A stretch of DNA of 64,000 nucleotides, from the IMG/VR virus record IMGVR_UViG_3300045988_167691. One strand, given 5' to 3'. A program made the position numbers and the translations under genes. The notes beneath the pieces were generated by a model. The model was not told where the DNA came from. It saw only the letters and a list, made by a program, of their open reading frames with translations, and did no database searches. Shown one piece after another: positions 1 through 9,525 of the stretch (its first letter is position 1; the number at the start of each line of letters is the position of its first letter). The DNA comes from a virus.

Positions 1-485
1 TCATTTGGTATTACTTCGTAAGGCAACCTCTTGTCTATTAAAAATCTCCTTATCTCACTGTCCCATTTTCTTCTCCTGTTTTCATCGCTCAATCTTTCTC
101 CATCACTTTCAACATTCCAATAGATAGGAAAATAAAAGATAACGGGAAGATAATATTCATTAAGACTTATCAAGTCTGACTGCCGCCTTAATTCATTATC
201 TAACGAAATCGAATAGGGGAGTGTCCTTGTGAAAGTATGAACATCAATAACGCTTCTATCGGAAATATAGTTTTCACCGTGCAGCACTTCAAGATACTTG
301 TCAAATATCGCCCTTTGACTGGGGACAGAATTAAAGGAAGGGTCTATTTCCCCTTCCTTTACAAGTTGTCTTGATATGCTGCCTATTTTGGCGAATCTGG
401 CAAACGACCTATCCTTTTCGATAAGATCAAAAACAGATGTCTTTCCAACGCAAGAAGCTCCTAAAAAAGTAACAGCACGTACCAT
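1..485 (-). CDS. P-loop NTPase (AAA/nucleotide-kinase-like), C-terminus cut by left window edge
   Basis: The ORF is missing from the track because its frame runs off the edge. My translation from the ATG at 485..483 gives MVRAVTFLGASCVGKTSVFDLIEK..., which contains a Walker A motif (GxxxxGKT). The frame is open for 161 codons, to position 3. Confidence 0.55.
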   Translation of the reverse strand, partial: MVRAVTFLGASCVGKTSVFDLIEKDRSFARFAKIGSISRQLVKEGEIDPSFNSVPSQRAIFDKYLEVLHGENYISDRSVIDVHTFTRTLPYSISLDNELRRQSDLISLNEYYLPVIFYFPIYWNVESDGERLSDENRRRKWDSEIRRFLIDKRLPYEVIPN

Positions 486-490
486 AATCG

Positions 491-1033
491 TTACCGGTTG
501 TCACCGTCCCCATGTATTTTATTCTCGGCTTTTCTTTTAGCCAACTTTTCCACATTCCCCTTTGCAATAGACATTAAAGAATAGTCACCTTTGTCTCCTT
601 CAATGTAAATGGCAAGGTTCTGCAAGCCTTGTAAAATTTGTTCCAAAGCCTTGTGACACGCCTCTTTTCTTTTTTTCGAGAATCCAGCTTTGTAATTATC
701 ATCCCGGAAGAATTTCTTTACATGTCCGCTGATAATGCCTACTTGTTGTAGCAAATAAGAAGGGCTTAAACGATAAACATCCTCGTCATTCAGTTTTAAA
801 ATGATTTCGGGAAATTCCAATTCCGGCAAATCAAGTTCCTGTCTTATCATGGCAACATACCAAAGGACATCTCCTATTTCCTTTATAATTTCCTTTGCTT
901 CGGCTGCGCAATCTACTTTTTCATAAACTTCTGCCAGTTCATCGGTAAGACCCATTGTCACATACGGAATAGCTACCTCTTTTGGATAGCAAGCTGTTGA
1001 AGCTGCGTGAGCTTCATACTCTTTAAAATTCAT
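491..1033 (-). CDS. MazG-like nucleoside triphosphate pyrophosphohydrolase
   Basis: The 180-aa ORF has acidic helices LTDELAEVYEKV and EIGDVLWYV, typical of all-alpha MazG/dUTPase-like NTP-PPases. Confidence 0.75.
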   Translation of the reverse strand: MNFKEYEAHAASTACYPKEVAIPYVTMGLTDELAEVYEKVDCAAEAKEIIKEIGDVLWYVAMIRQELDLPELEFPEIILKLNDEDVYRLSPSYLLQQVGIISGHVKKFFRDDNYKAGFSKKRKEACHKALEQILQGLQNLAIYIEGDKGDYSLMSIAKGNVEKLAKRKAENKIHGDGDNR

Positions 1034-1054
1034 AGTTCGAAATAATTTATTGAT

Positions 1055-1543
1055 TTATAATAATTTACCATCAAAACACATCACAAGTTTCTGTATCTTG
1101 ATTTCTGAATATTTTACATTTTTCTTCTTTTTGCCTATCTGAATGCAAACCGTCTGATCCTTCATGTTGTTTCCCAATACAGAATATTCATTGTCTTTAT
1201 AAATGACAACCTGATTCTTCCCAAGCAAATGAACAACATCCCAATACCACTGTGAAGCACGCTTTTTATTATCATTACTATACTGGAAATTGGGAAGTCC
1301 GAAAGGATTCAAGAACTCGTTCTCATAAAAGTTCAAAAACTCTTCCGTTGACATAAAAATAGAAGATTTGAAGTGACGTTTGGAAAGAAGCTCTATCCTT
1401 TCCTTTTTGAACTCTGCTATATCAGAAGCCATCTTGACAAATTCAGGACGATCAAAAATAAGGCTTCTTACTTTGTTTGTAAGGTATTCCAGTTGAAGTA
1501 CCTTCAAATATTCGTCTACCGACAATTCTCTGCTTTTTTCCAT
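1055..1543 (-). CDS. hypothetical protein
   Basis: The 162-aa ORF is tightly packed co-directionally between the MazG-like and primase genes. I recognise no motif. Confidence 0.5.
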   Translation of the reverse strand: MEKSRELSVDEYLKVLQLEYLTNKVRSLIFDRPEFVKMASDIAEFKKERIELLSKRHFKSSIFMSTEEFLNFYENEFLNPFGLPNFQYSNDNKKRASQWYWDVVHLLGKNQVVIYKDNEYSVLGNNMKDQTVCIQIGKKKKNVKYSEIKIQKLVMCFDGKLL

Positions 1544-1577
1544 GATGATATATGATTTTCGACAAAGTTAATTCTTA

Positions 1578-2582
1578 CTACCACAACTTTTTAATTTTAG
1601 ATACATAAAAATTAATAGGATCATAGAGATTGCTTAGCACATCGTCCAAATAATCTATATCCATATCTCCTGGATCAACCCCTGGCTTATAAAGATAGGC
1701 TATCTTTGTGTTGAATTTCTTTCCCAACATAAGTCCTGCGCTTTTCGATTCTTCCACAGTTGCATCATCATACATAAGGATCACATTCTTGATACCTTTT
1801 CTTTCCAAGTAGGAGATTTGTTCCTTGCTGATGCTATTTCCAAACGTAAAAACACATTTCAAACTGTTGCAATCCCAAAGCTGCAAAAGATTGTCTATTC
1901 CTACCTTGTCAAACAACCCTTCCACTATGATAACATCTTTGACCGAAGAAGAAAGCTCGTCAAAGCCTCCCAGTATCTTCGTGAAGTTCGTTCCTATGCT
2001 GTTTTCGTATCTTAAATGAGGCTTAGTTCCTGTTTCCTTTGCCCTTTCCAAATCCTTTTTATGCCATTCTTTAGAATACCTACTCCTTCCAAGCCATCCT
2101 ACCAGCTTACCATCCATCTTCACTTTGAAAATGATATAGTTTCGCAAGTTCTTTTCAAGAACGGAATTTGTTTCGGAAGGCTCAAAAAGATCGTAATGGC
2201 ATTTCTTAAAACCCCTTCCATCAAGATAACTGTCTGATAATATTCTTTTAAGACGGAAAGGAAGTTTCGGAATAGGAAGTTCTTCTTCCTCGTTTTCCTC
2301 TTTCTCATCTTTCAAAGGAGTAAGTTTTGTGCTTATGGAATTTTGATATTCCATCCGTATAAGGTCTTTTCTTCCTACCTTTTCCAGAAAATCCTTGAAA
2401 GATGTTTTTGTTCCACATTTCCAGCAATGGAAAACTCCCCCGTGCACATTTATCTTGACACCCCATTTCTTTTCCTTTCCACAATAAGGACAAGGCATCT
2501 CTTTATTTGAAAGCCACCCTTGCGAACCGAATATTCTAAGTCCGAACACAGCCTTTACTTCTTCTTCGTCAATCCGTATCAC
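1578..2582 (-). CDS. DNA primase (zinc ribbon + Toprim)
   Basis: It has an N-terminal zinc ribbon (CPYCGKEKKW...FHCWKCG) and Toprim-like acidic motifs IIVEGLFD and VILMYDDA. It is adjacent to the helicase. Confidence 0.8.
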   Translation of the reverse strand: MIRIDEEEVKAVFGLRIFGSQGWLSNKEMPCPYCGKEKKWGVKINVHGGVFHCWKCGTKTSFKDFLEKVGRKDLIRMEYQNSISTKLTPLKDEKEENEEEELPIPKLPFRLKRILSDSYLDGRGFKKCHYDLFEPSETNSVLEKNLRNYIIFKVKMDGKLVGWLGRSRYSKEWHKKDLERAKETGTKPHLRYENSIGTNFTKILGGFDELSSSVKDVIIVEGLFDKVGIDNLLQLWDCNSLKCVFTFGNSISKEQISYLERKGIKNVILMYDDATVEESKSAGLMLGKKFNTKIAYLYKPGVDPGDMDIDYLDDVLSNLYDPINFYVSKIKKLW

Positions 2583-2608
2583 ATCACTAAAATTTTAGGT
2601 TATTCTTT

Positions 2609-5134
2609 TTAAATGCTTTCCATCTTTTGTTCGTCAGACTTTTTCTTCCTTGCCGTCTTTTTCGCTTCCTTCCTTTCAGATATTTGGTTGTACATCTCCA
2701 TTGTCCGTCCCCTGTGATAGAACCTGCGCTTGTCATAATTGGTGGCAATCGTTATCACTTCTTGACTTTCTTTGTAGTCACGCAATTTGTCCACATAAAT
2801 ACGTGCCGTGCCGTTGGACTTTTCCTCTATTGTCATATTTAACGTGAACACAAAGGAAAAAGGTTTTACAAGTGTCTTGTCTCCTTCCGTATAGGAACGG
2901 TCTATTACTTTGTCAGGATTGTTCCATACTTCAAAAGGCACATCACTTGTTTGTGTTGCTGTGATAATAGGAGCTTCAATCTCGTCGGCAAGGTTCTTTA
3001 GAAGCTGCGCACAAGTCTGTAGCTTTTCTTTCTTATGATCGGGATCACTGTCTATCTTTTTGGAAATGCCGGTCTTTACCAAATCCAATGAATCCAAAAC
3101 TACCAACCCAGGAAAACGCCCGTGTGTATTGAAATAGTCGTAGCATAGCTGCCTTACATCGCTCATAGAAGCCTGTCCGAACTTCTTGAAACCGTACACC
3201 TCTATATCTGAACCGGCTTCTTTAATTTCTTCAATCGCCTTTTCGATCTTTTTCTTATCGTTGGGATCAATGTTGCCTGACTTGATATTGGAATAGGACT
3301 GGTTTGACCAAAGCTGATCATATATCTGCATACAGGCTTTAACGCCACCTTCCAATTGAATATGAAGAACCGGGACACCTCTAAGGGCAGCAGAATAGCC
3401 GTGCCATTTTAATACAGTCGTGTTGTGAGTAACGATAAAATCATTTGTAAGAAAAAGTCCTTCTTTTCCTGACACTTTTATGCACTGCATTTCTTTTATG
3501 CCAATATATTCAACGGACACAATTCTTCTTTCAACAAAATTCTTTTTCTTAGGATTTATCTCTCTTTCGTGTTTCCTTGAAAGATGAAATAAATCTAATC
3601 CTTTAGGAGGGGTGATTCTCAATCTATATCTGTATTTACAAATAACCCTTTCTCCTTTTTTGTTTACATAAGAAGCTCTTTTTGGTTCTGATATTTTACA
3701 CAAACATCCTAATGACCTTGCAATAAAAGTAGCGTCTTCTATTAATTGTTTAGAAGATAGAGAAAGTTCTATTTGTCCTGTTTTTTCAACATACCCGTCT
3801 GTATCTAAAAGCCCTCTAAGAACCTCTAATCGAACATTCTTATTGTTGAAAATATAATCTTTTGGAATAAACTTTTCGTGAGAAAGTTTCCCAAAAAGTC
3901 CGTATTTTTTTAAGTAATAATGAAAATTATGTTCACTTTCCCCTTTATTAATCCTATACGCATACCTTGCTACATATTTAAGGTATATCTGTTCTGGGAA
4001 CTTCAATTTTTCCATAATTTCATTGTCTGGCAACGTTACAGTTAAATTACCAGCTTTATCAGAAAAACTTCCATCGCCTAATAAAACGCCTAACGTATAA
4101 GGATCAATAAAAACTTCTTTTTCTCCTAAATCAACGCCTTCCACCAATGGTATAGAAAAACGAGGACGCGGATAAGAACCGTATCTTACAATATTGTTTT
4201 TAGTAAGATATTTTTGTCCGTTATGGTGTCCGCCAAATTTAATTCCTTTCTCCATCATTTCCGACAAAGGCATAGTTTCATAACCTTTTGAGTTGTGATA
4301 ATTATCCCATATCGTCCAAAGATGATCTTTGCTACAATCAACAAAACTTCCATCTGCAAAAGTTACTCGATACGCTTTCTTTCTTCCTTGAGGATATACG
4401 CCAACTATTGTTTGAGTACCGCCTTTTCTATCACAAATAATATCCCCTACCTTAGCATCTTTCATCAAAATATAACCAGTAGGAGTGAGAATTTTGCTGT
4501 CCAAAGTCAACGCTTTACCCGTACCACTGCGAGCAATCCAAAGCGTTGTGTCCCCTATTTCCATGCCACCGAAAGATACATCGTCCAACCTGTCGATTCC
4601 AAAAGGAATTTTTACTGGCTTTTCCGTTATCGTAGCAGCTTCCATGCGTCTTTCAATCATACGTTGCTGGAAACCCCCGAAAACAGACTGAAAACCCCCT
4701 GATTTGGAACGAAAAGACATCTCCACAATCCTTTGCGATTCTTCCGCGTTCACACGGATAGCTTCTTCCTTCTTTCCTTCTTCGTAAAGGTCATGTACCC
4801 TTTTGGAAAGAAGTTCGAACTCCGTCTCTTTCACAAACGATTGAAGTTGGTCTATTGCTATTTCTCTGTCTATCAGATTGGCTTTCTTTATTTCCTTTGC
4901 AGCATCCAACACAAAGTCATTATCAGAAAATTTTTGACAGATAGCACCAAGCGCGGGAAGCTTCCCCTTTTCTCTATATTGATCGACAGCTTCTCTTAGT
5001 ATGAATTTGTATCCAGACCATTCTTTAGGGATCAATTCATATTTCAGATGCTCCGATGCTATGCACATTATGACTTCATCCGAAAACATCAATTTAAATA
5101 TTTCGGACATAAAGCCAGGATTCAATTTATTCAC
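2609..5134 (-). CDS. DnaB-like replicative helicase, interrupted by an intein
   Basis: The 841-aa ORF has a Walker A motif (ARSGTGK|TT) split by a 364-aa insert and a Walker B-like LVVLDSLD. It is adjacent to the primase. The spliced size would be 477 aa. Confidence 0.8.
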   Translation of the reverse strand: MNKLNPGFMSEIFKLMFSDEVIMCIASEHLKYELIPKEWSGYKFILREAVDQYREKGKLPALGAICQKFSDNDFVLDAAKEIKKANLIDREIAIDQLQSFVKETEFELLSKRVHDLYEEGKKEEAIRVNAEESQRIVEMSFRSKSGGFQSVFGGFQQRMIERRMEAATITEKPVKIPFGIDRLDDVSFGGMEIGDTTLWIARSGTGKALTLDSKILTPTGYILMKDAKVGDIICDRKGGTQTIVGVYPQGRKKAYRVTFADGSFVDCSKDHLWTIWDNYHNSKGYETMPLSEMMEKGIKFGGHHNGQKYLTKNNIVRYGSYPRPRFSIPLVEGVDLGEKEVFIDPYTLGVLLGDGSFSDKAGNLTVTLPDNEIMEKLKFPEQIYLKYVARYAYRINKGESEHNFHYYLKKYGLFGKLSHEKFIPKDYIFNNKNVRLEVLRGLLDTDGYVEKTGQIELSLSSKQLIEDATFIARSLGCLCKISEPKRASYVNKKGERVICKYRYRLRITPPKGLDLFHLSRKHEREINPKKKNFVERRIVSVEYIGIKEMQCIKVSGKEGLFLTNDFIVTHNTTVLKWHGYSAALRGVPVLHIQLEGGVKACMQIYDQLWSNQSYSNIKSGNIDPNDKKKIEKAIEEIKEAGSDIEVYGFKKFGQASMSDVRQLCYDYFNTHGRFPGLVVLDSLDLVKTGISKKIDSDPDHKKEKLQTCAQLLKNLADEIEAPIITATQTSDVPFEVWNNPDKVIDRSYTEGDKTLVKPFSFVFTLNMTIEEKSNGTARIYVDKLRDYKESQEVITIATNYDKRRFYHRGRTMEMYNQISERKEAKKTARKKKSDEQKMESI
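3422..4513 (-). mobile_element. intein with LAGLIDADG homing endonuclease in the helicase P-loop (aa 208-571), class-3-like
   Basis: The insert starts with ALTLDSKILT directly after GTGK and ends with FIVTHN|TT. It has two LAGLIDADG motifs (LGVLLGDGSF, LRGLLDTDGYV). Block B reads SKDHLW, block F reads MQCIKV and block G reads VTHN. Boundary codons were checked in the DNA: gcg at 4513..4511 and aac at 3424..3422. Confidence 0.8.
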
Positions 5135-5145
5135 GATACCAAATT

Positions 5146-7245
5146 TTAAACCAGATTAATGCTAAAACCACTGCTTTCACCTTCCTCACGTAAGGTATTT
5201 ATTGCAAACCAGCTTGAGAGGCATAGATCGTCATGTCCTGAACTTGCTTCCAGTTTTCCTTTATCGCTTCTAAAAGTGATAGAAGAAAATTCACTAAACA
5301 TCAATTCCACCTTTTCCCTTGTCTCGCCCTCCTTATAAGGCGTTCTGATTTGTCCTCTTTCAAACATAGCAGACAAAGACGGAAGTCCGGTGTACAAGTC
5401 CTTCTTGTTTCCCTCCGTAGTGGTAAATTGTTCGATATTGGTAAGTCCTCTTTCTCTTGCAAGTGCTGACAATATCCCTTGGAATCCGTTAGCCTCGCAC
5501 ACGATCTTGTCAGGCTTATACAGACGATTGAAAAGAACAATCTTGTCCACCTGCTCATTGTGAGACATACCTTTTGCCCTGAAATAATTCACAAGATGGT
5601 AATTACCAGAAAAGTCAACTCCCCAAACGGAATAGACGGTGTAGTCAGCACCAATATTACCGGAAACAGCAAAGTCGCATCCCACTACCACCCTTTGAAG
5701 TTCGAACGGATAAAACTCTATGCTGTCCGCAAAGGAAACCTTATCCATGCCGGTAGTTGCCCTTCTAAGATATTCATATGGGAAAATAGTTGAGTTGTCC
5801 GAAATAGGAATCACAAGGTACTCTCGTGCAAACACAATAGAACCAAGTTCTGTCCTTTTCCTTTTTATATCTTCAAACATATACCTGTCAGGAGCAAGAG
5901 GTCGTCCGTCCGGGAATATGATAGGATATTCAAACAGATAAAAACGCTTATCTCCCTTAATGACATTGTACAATTCGTTAGGAGCAGTAGAATAAGGCGT
6001 ACCTGACACAATCAGATATCCGTAAGGCTCAACAATAGGAGTAATAGTCCCTCTAAATGTTTCCTTTAGCTTTTCTCTTTGCTCATCACTGTAAAGAGAA
6101 CTTTCATCTGGCATATCATCTATGATTGCTGCTCCAACGTGCAAACCACGAATAAAACCATCCTTACCACGAACATGAAGAATCGCACCATTTTCACCTT
6201 CTATTGCCGTTTCTCCAAGTTTAGCCTTGCCGTTCGGATCAAGTTTTTCCTTCAATATATCATTGGTGGATATTTCCTCTATAATCTTGTTCACATGCAC
6301 TTTTGCAAGTGTCATTGTATTTGTGATCATAGCGGTTTCTTTCCGGTTCTTGTTGTCTATCGTATCCCCTCCATACAACATAGGACGTGTATAGGAGTAT
6401 AACCTCCATAAAGGGAACGCATAGCACCACTCGAAGCTGTTGTGCATTACTGTGCCGTCAGCGAGCAAAAACTTATGATCTCCGTCACAAGCAAAACCGT
6501 AATACTCACCTTCATCCAGTAAGGTTATAAAGATTTCCGTTTTCTTGAATTTCCCATCTCTTGAAACTCTGTAACCTTCATATTTAGTGCCTCTCCTTTG
6601 GTTCATTTCGGCGATTTCAACAGGAATGTAAGTACCGTCAGCAAGACAAAGGATGTGTCCTTCGCTTACTATATAGCTATCTCCGCCTTTCTGTCTTACT
6701 TCGTACATATAGGTTTCTCCGTGATGCAGTTCCAAGACATTGCGACATTTCAAGTCTTGTCCCATCACCTTGTCACCTACTCTTATATCCTGGACTTTTT
6801 TTAACGAACCATCTGCCATAACTATCAAAGTATCAGGAGAAACGCACTTTCCACTACTTCGCGAACACAAATAACTACTCCAAGGAAATAGCTGCGTAAG
6901 ATTCCCCCATTCCAAGTTTCGCCATCCCATATTGAAATTAGAAAGGACTGTCGCCTTGAAATAATTAAAAGACAGAATCCTTAGATTTTCATCCATTGAA
7001 GCAAACAGATTGTCCACATACCCCAGCTTTTCCGTGTCAAGCGAACGTCCAAAATTCATGGCATACTCGGTCTGATTGATTATAGTGTCTAACATTTTAT
7101 CCAAATCCTTTCTGCTGCCACCAGAAAACAAGGATCGCACAGTAGTGGAAGGAAGTCGGTCTATAATATCGTCCACCGTTGCAAACAACCTTTTTGACTG
7201 TAGCTCGGTAAGTATTCCTCCTTTTGAATTATATATGACTGCCAT
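5146..7245 (-). CDS. terL: terminase large subunit, interrupted by a mini-intein
   Basis: The 699-aa ORF has a Walker A motif (SRSSGK|S) split by an insert and a Walker B motif (AAIIDDMPDES). It also has RNase-H-like nuclease aspartates (GCDFAVSG..ADYTV, GHDDLCLS). The spliced size would be 563 aa. Confidence 0.85.
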   Translation of the reverse strand: MAVIYNSKGGILTELQSKRLFATVDDIIDRLPSTTVRSLFSGGSRKDLDKMLDTIINQTEYAMNFGRSLDTEKLGYVDNLFASMDENLRILSFNYFKATVLSNFNMGWRNLEWGNLTQLFPWSSYLCSRSSGKCVSPDTLIVMADGSLKKVQDIRVGDKVMGQDLKCRNVLELHHGETYMYEVRQKGGDSYIVSEGHILCLADGTYIPVEIAEMNQRRGTKYEGYRVSRDGKFKKTEIFITLLDEGEYYGFACDGDHKFLLADGTVMHNSFEWCYAFPLWRLYSYTRPMLYGGDTIDNKNRKETAMITNTMTLAKVHVNKIIEEISTNDILKEKLDPNGKAKLGETAIEGENGAILHVRGKDGFIRGLHVGAAIIDDMPDESSLYSDEQREKLKETFRGTITPIVEPYGYLIVSGTPYSTAPNELYNVIKGDKRFYLFEYPIIFPDGRPLAPDRYMFEDIKRKRTELGSIVFAREYLVIPISDNSTIFPYEYLRRATTGMDKVSFADSIEFYPFELQRVVVGCDFAVSGNIGADYTVYSVWGVDFSGNYHLVNYFRAKGMSHNEQVDKIVLFNRLYKPDKIVCEANGFQGILSALARERGLTNIEQFTTTEGNKKDLYTGLPSLSAMFERGQIRTPYKEGETREKVELMFSEFSSITFRSDKGKLEASSGHDDLCLSSWFAINTLREEGESSGFSINLV
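6439..6846 (-). mobile_element. mini-intein (136 aa, no endonuclease domain) in the TerL P-loop (aa 134-269)
   Basis: The insert begins CVSPDTLIVMADGS directly after SSGK, has block B VSEGHIL, and ends TVMHN|S. Boundary codons were checked: tgc at 6846..6844 and aac at 6441..6439. Confidence 0.8.
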
Positions 7246-7247
7246 TT

Positions 7248-7901
7248 CTACAAAGCAAATTTTTCTCGAAAGGGATTTCGCGCAGATGAAGTTCCACCGT
7301 CAGATACACCTTCTCCCCTTAACTTTTTTACAAAATTAATCATAAGTAGTGCGTTGGCATAGGTATCATCACCTGCACGATGAGCGTTCACCAAATCAAT
7401 GCCCTCTTTTTCACAAACAGTATGAAGTTGGTAATTCTCTATTTCCGGGTAAGACATGTGTGCCATTTGCATTGTATCGATAGAAAACTTTACATACTTC
7501 TTTAAATCGTCCCCCATGAACTTGAAGAAGTTCTCCAAAAAGGCATTATCAAACCCTACTATGTTATGACCGCATAATGTACACATTTGTCTGGGATTCT
7601 TGTACTTCTTAAAAAGTGCCTGGCATTTCTTGAATATATCCTTCAAAGGAATAGCCTTTTCCTTTTGGATTGTTTCTGTTATCCCGTGTATCGCTTCTGC
7701 TTCCGAAGAATAGATAAGACCTTCTTTGTAATCACGCGGGAATATCATAGACAGTTCGTCGCAAACTTCCAATTTCTCCATATCTATTACAACAAAAGCC
7801 AATTCTATTAATGCTATGGCGTCAAAAGCCGGTTTTTCTGCGGAAGGAATTGATCCTGTCTCGCAGTCATAGCATATTATATATTTACTTGAACTTTTCA
7901 T
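7248..7901 (-). CDS. DEDDh 3'-5' exonuclease (DnaQ/epsilon-like)
   Basis: The three exonuclease motifs are present: ExoI ICYDCETGS, ExoII GHNIVGFDNAFL and ExoIII HRAGDDTYANA (H-x4-D). Confidence 0.8.
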   Translation of the reverse strand: MKSSSKYIICYDCETGSIPSAEKPAFDAIALIELAFVVIDMEKLEVCDELSMIFPRDYKEGLIYSSEAEAIHGITETIQKEKAIPLKDIFKKCQALFKKYKNPRQMCTLCGHNIVGFDNAFLENFFKFMGDDLKKYVKFSIDTMQMAHMSYPEIENYQLHTVCEKEGIDLVNAHRAGDDTYANALLMINFVKKLRGEGVSDGGTSSARNPFREKFAL

Positions 7902-9234
7902 CTCTACATCAGGTAACTATATATTAGTTTATACTAACACATATTAGTTAATAAATTTCTTAACTGGGTTATACTCAAACCCTGTATAGGGTGGCATTAC
8001 TGCATCCCCTTTTACTTTTCTCATGATGTTATAACTTCCGTTGACATCAGCATTAAGTAAGATCCCATCTTTTGTTTTAAAAAGTCCTCTTTTTACTCTT
8101 TTACCAACGTAAGTATCATGATGTTCCACAGATTCTAAATCAAAAGAACTGCATTTTGACGTATGAGATTCGTTTACTTCAACAAATCTTAGCCCTTGTC
8201 TTTCTGATTTATACCTTAACATTGATATGAACATATCGAAAGGAATTGAAACAAAATTCTGATTGTTTCTTTTCCCAAGATTGGATTCTTGCTTCCATCC
8301 GTCATTATGTCCGACTATCAATGTTGTTATATTATCTTCCAAACAAGTATTGATTATTTCTTTACTTGCCTTGTGAAGATAATCCTTTGCTTTGTTGTTT
8401 CTCTTTCTTGTAAGAGACATTAACCGTCTTGAATTTTCTTTTCCATTTACTTTTTTTAATTGTTGTTGAATTTTCGATCTTTTCTTGTTGTAATACTGAT
8501 TGATGGATTTTAATTTCCTTCCATCAATCAAAACAGGTTTATTGTTTGTATTAGTTACAATAGAAGCTAAATTGTTTACACCTAAATCAATAGACATGAC
8601 CCTATTGTTATCGGGAAGCTGTTCTTTTACAGAAGATTCATAAACAACTTCTATAGAATAACAATCTGCTTTAGGAATAAACCGAACTTGTTTTACAGAA
8701 CCTTCTTTGCAATTCGTTTTCAAAGGTGACAGCCCTTCTTTCTTTGGAAAGAAAATGAAGTTTCCTTTGTGTTTAAACTGAGCATAAGAATAAGAAAATA
8801 CATTTCTACCTTTTGTTTTATGTTTATATCTCGGAAACTTAGGACAACCGGTAAACTTTTTGTTATCCCGTTTCCAAGACTTGATAGCAGAAAAATAAGA
8901 TTTTAGGTTCTTGTCTAAAGCCATAAGAACTTGTTGAGAAGAATTTGCACTCATTGCTCTATAGTCTATATTATCCTGTTTTCTAAACATACTATCAAGA
9001 TCAGTATATCTTATCCACTTTCCCGTACTAAGAAACTCTTTCTTTATTGTATATAAAGCAGCATTATACAAGTTCTTAGACAAGAAACAAATTCGATCTA
9101 AATCTTTGTATCTCTTATCATTTACAGAAATAATATGTTGTTCTACCAAATACATAGTGCAAATTTAAATAGAATATTTGAAATTTCCTATTTAAAATCT
9201 ACAACTTTAAATATTTCTGTAAACTGGTATATAG
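7902..9234 (-). mobile_element. solo-tnpB IS200/IS605-type (IS1341-like) element, exact ends not determined
   Basis: The tnpB ORF plus its 42-bp and 79-bp AT-rich flanks lie between two unrelated phage genes. No Y1 TnpA is present. The downstream flank contains a small hairpin (TTAGT-TTAT-ACTAA) and a direct repeat (ATATTAGTT). Confidence 0.5.
7944..9155 (-). CDS. tnpB: TnpB (OrfB) RNA-guided nuclease family protein
   Basis: The 403-aa ORF carries the RuvC triad: D in MSIDLGVNN, E in VNESHTSK and D in LNADVNGSYNI. It has the lysine-rich bridge KKRSKIQQQLKK...RKRNNKAKDYLHK. The zinc-finger region is degenerate (one Cys plus HH). Confidence 0.9.
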   Translation of the reverse strand: MYLVEQHIISVNDKRYKDLDRICFLSKNLYNAALYTIKKEFLSTGKWIRYTDLDSMFRKQDNIDYRAMSANSSQQVLMALDKNLKSYFSAIKSWKRDNKKFTGCPKFPRYKHKTKGRNVFSYSYAQFKHKGNFIFFPKKEGLSPLKTNCKEGSVKQVRFIPKADCYSIEVVYESSVKEQLPDNNRVMSIDLGVNNLASIVTNTNNKPVLIDGRKLKSINQYYNKKRSKIQQQLKKVNGKENSRRLMSLTRKRNNKAKDYLHKASKEIINTCLEDNITTLIVGHNDGWKQESNLGKRNNQNFVSIPFDMFISMLRYKSERQGLRFVEVNESHTSKCSSFDLESVEHHDTYVGKRVKRGLFKTKDGILLNADVNGSYNIMRKVKGDAVMPPYTGFEYNPVKKFIN

Positions 9235-9525
9235 TTACATCATTATTTGTTTCCCGTAAACTCTTGCTATTTCAAACTCTGCCATACAACCTTTTGATGT
9301 TGCCCAATCAAAAACAAAATAAACGGCATCACACTCTAAAAGAGCTTTAATGCTCTCTCCCATGTAATAGGAATAGGGTTTATCCGGTTCACTGCAATCG
9401 TCAAAAGGTGTTATCACTTCATATCCCTTTTCTTCGATCCATTTCTTGACTTGATTTGCATATTTCTTTGTTTCTTCCAAATCATGCCCTGTTATAGGCA
9501 AGCTAACATACACTTTTGTTTTCAT
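9235..9525 (-). CDS. DUF4406 / nucleoside 2-deoxyribosyltransferase-like protein
   Basis: The 96-aa ORF shows KVYVSLPITGH ... CDAVYFVFDWATSKGCMAEFEIA, the pattern I associate with the DUF4406/NDT-like fold. Confidence 0.6.
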   Translation of the reverse strand: MKTKVYVSLPITGHDLEETKKYANQVKKWIEEKGYEVITPFDDCSEPDKPYSYYMGESIKALLECDAVYFVFDWATSKGCMAEFEIARVYGKQIMM

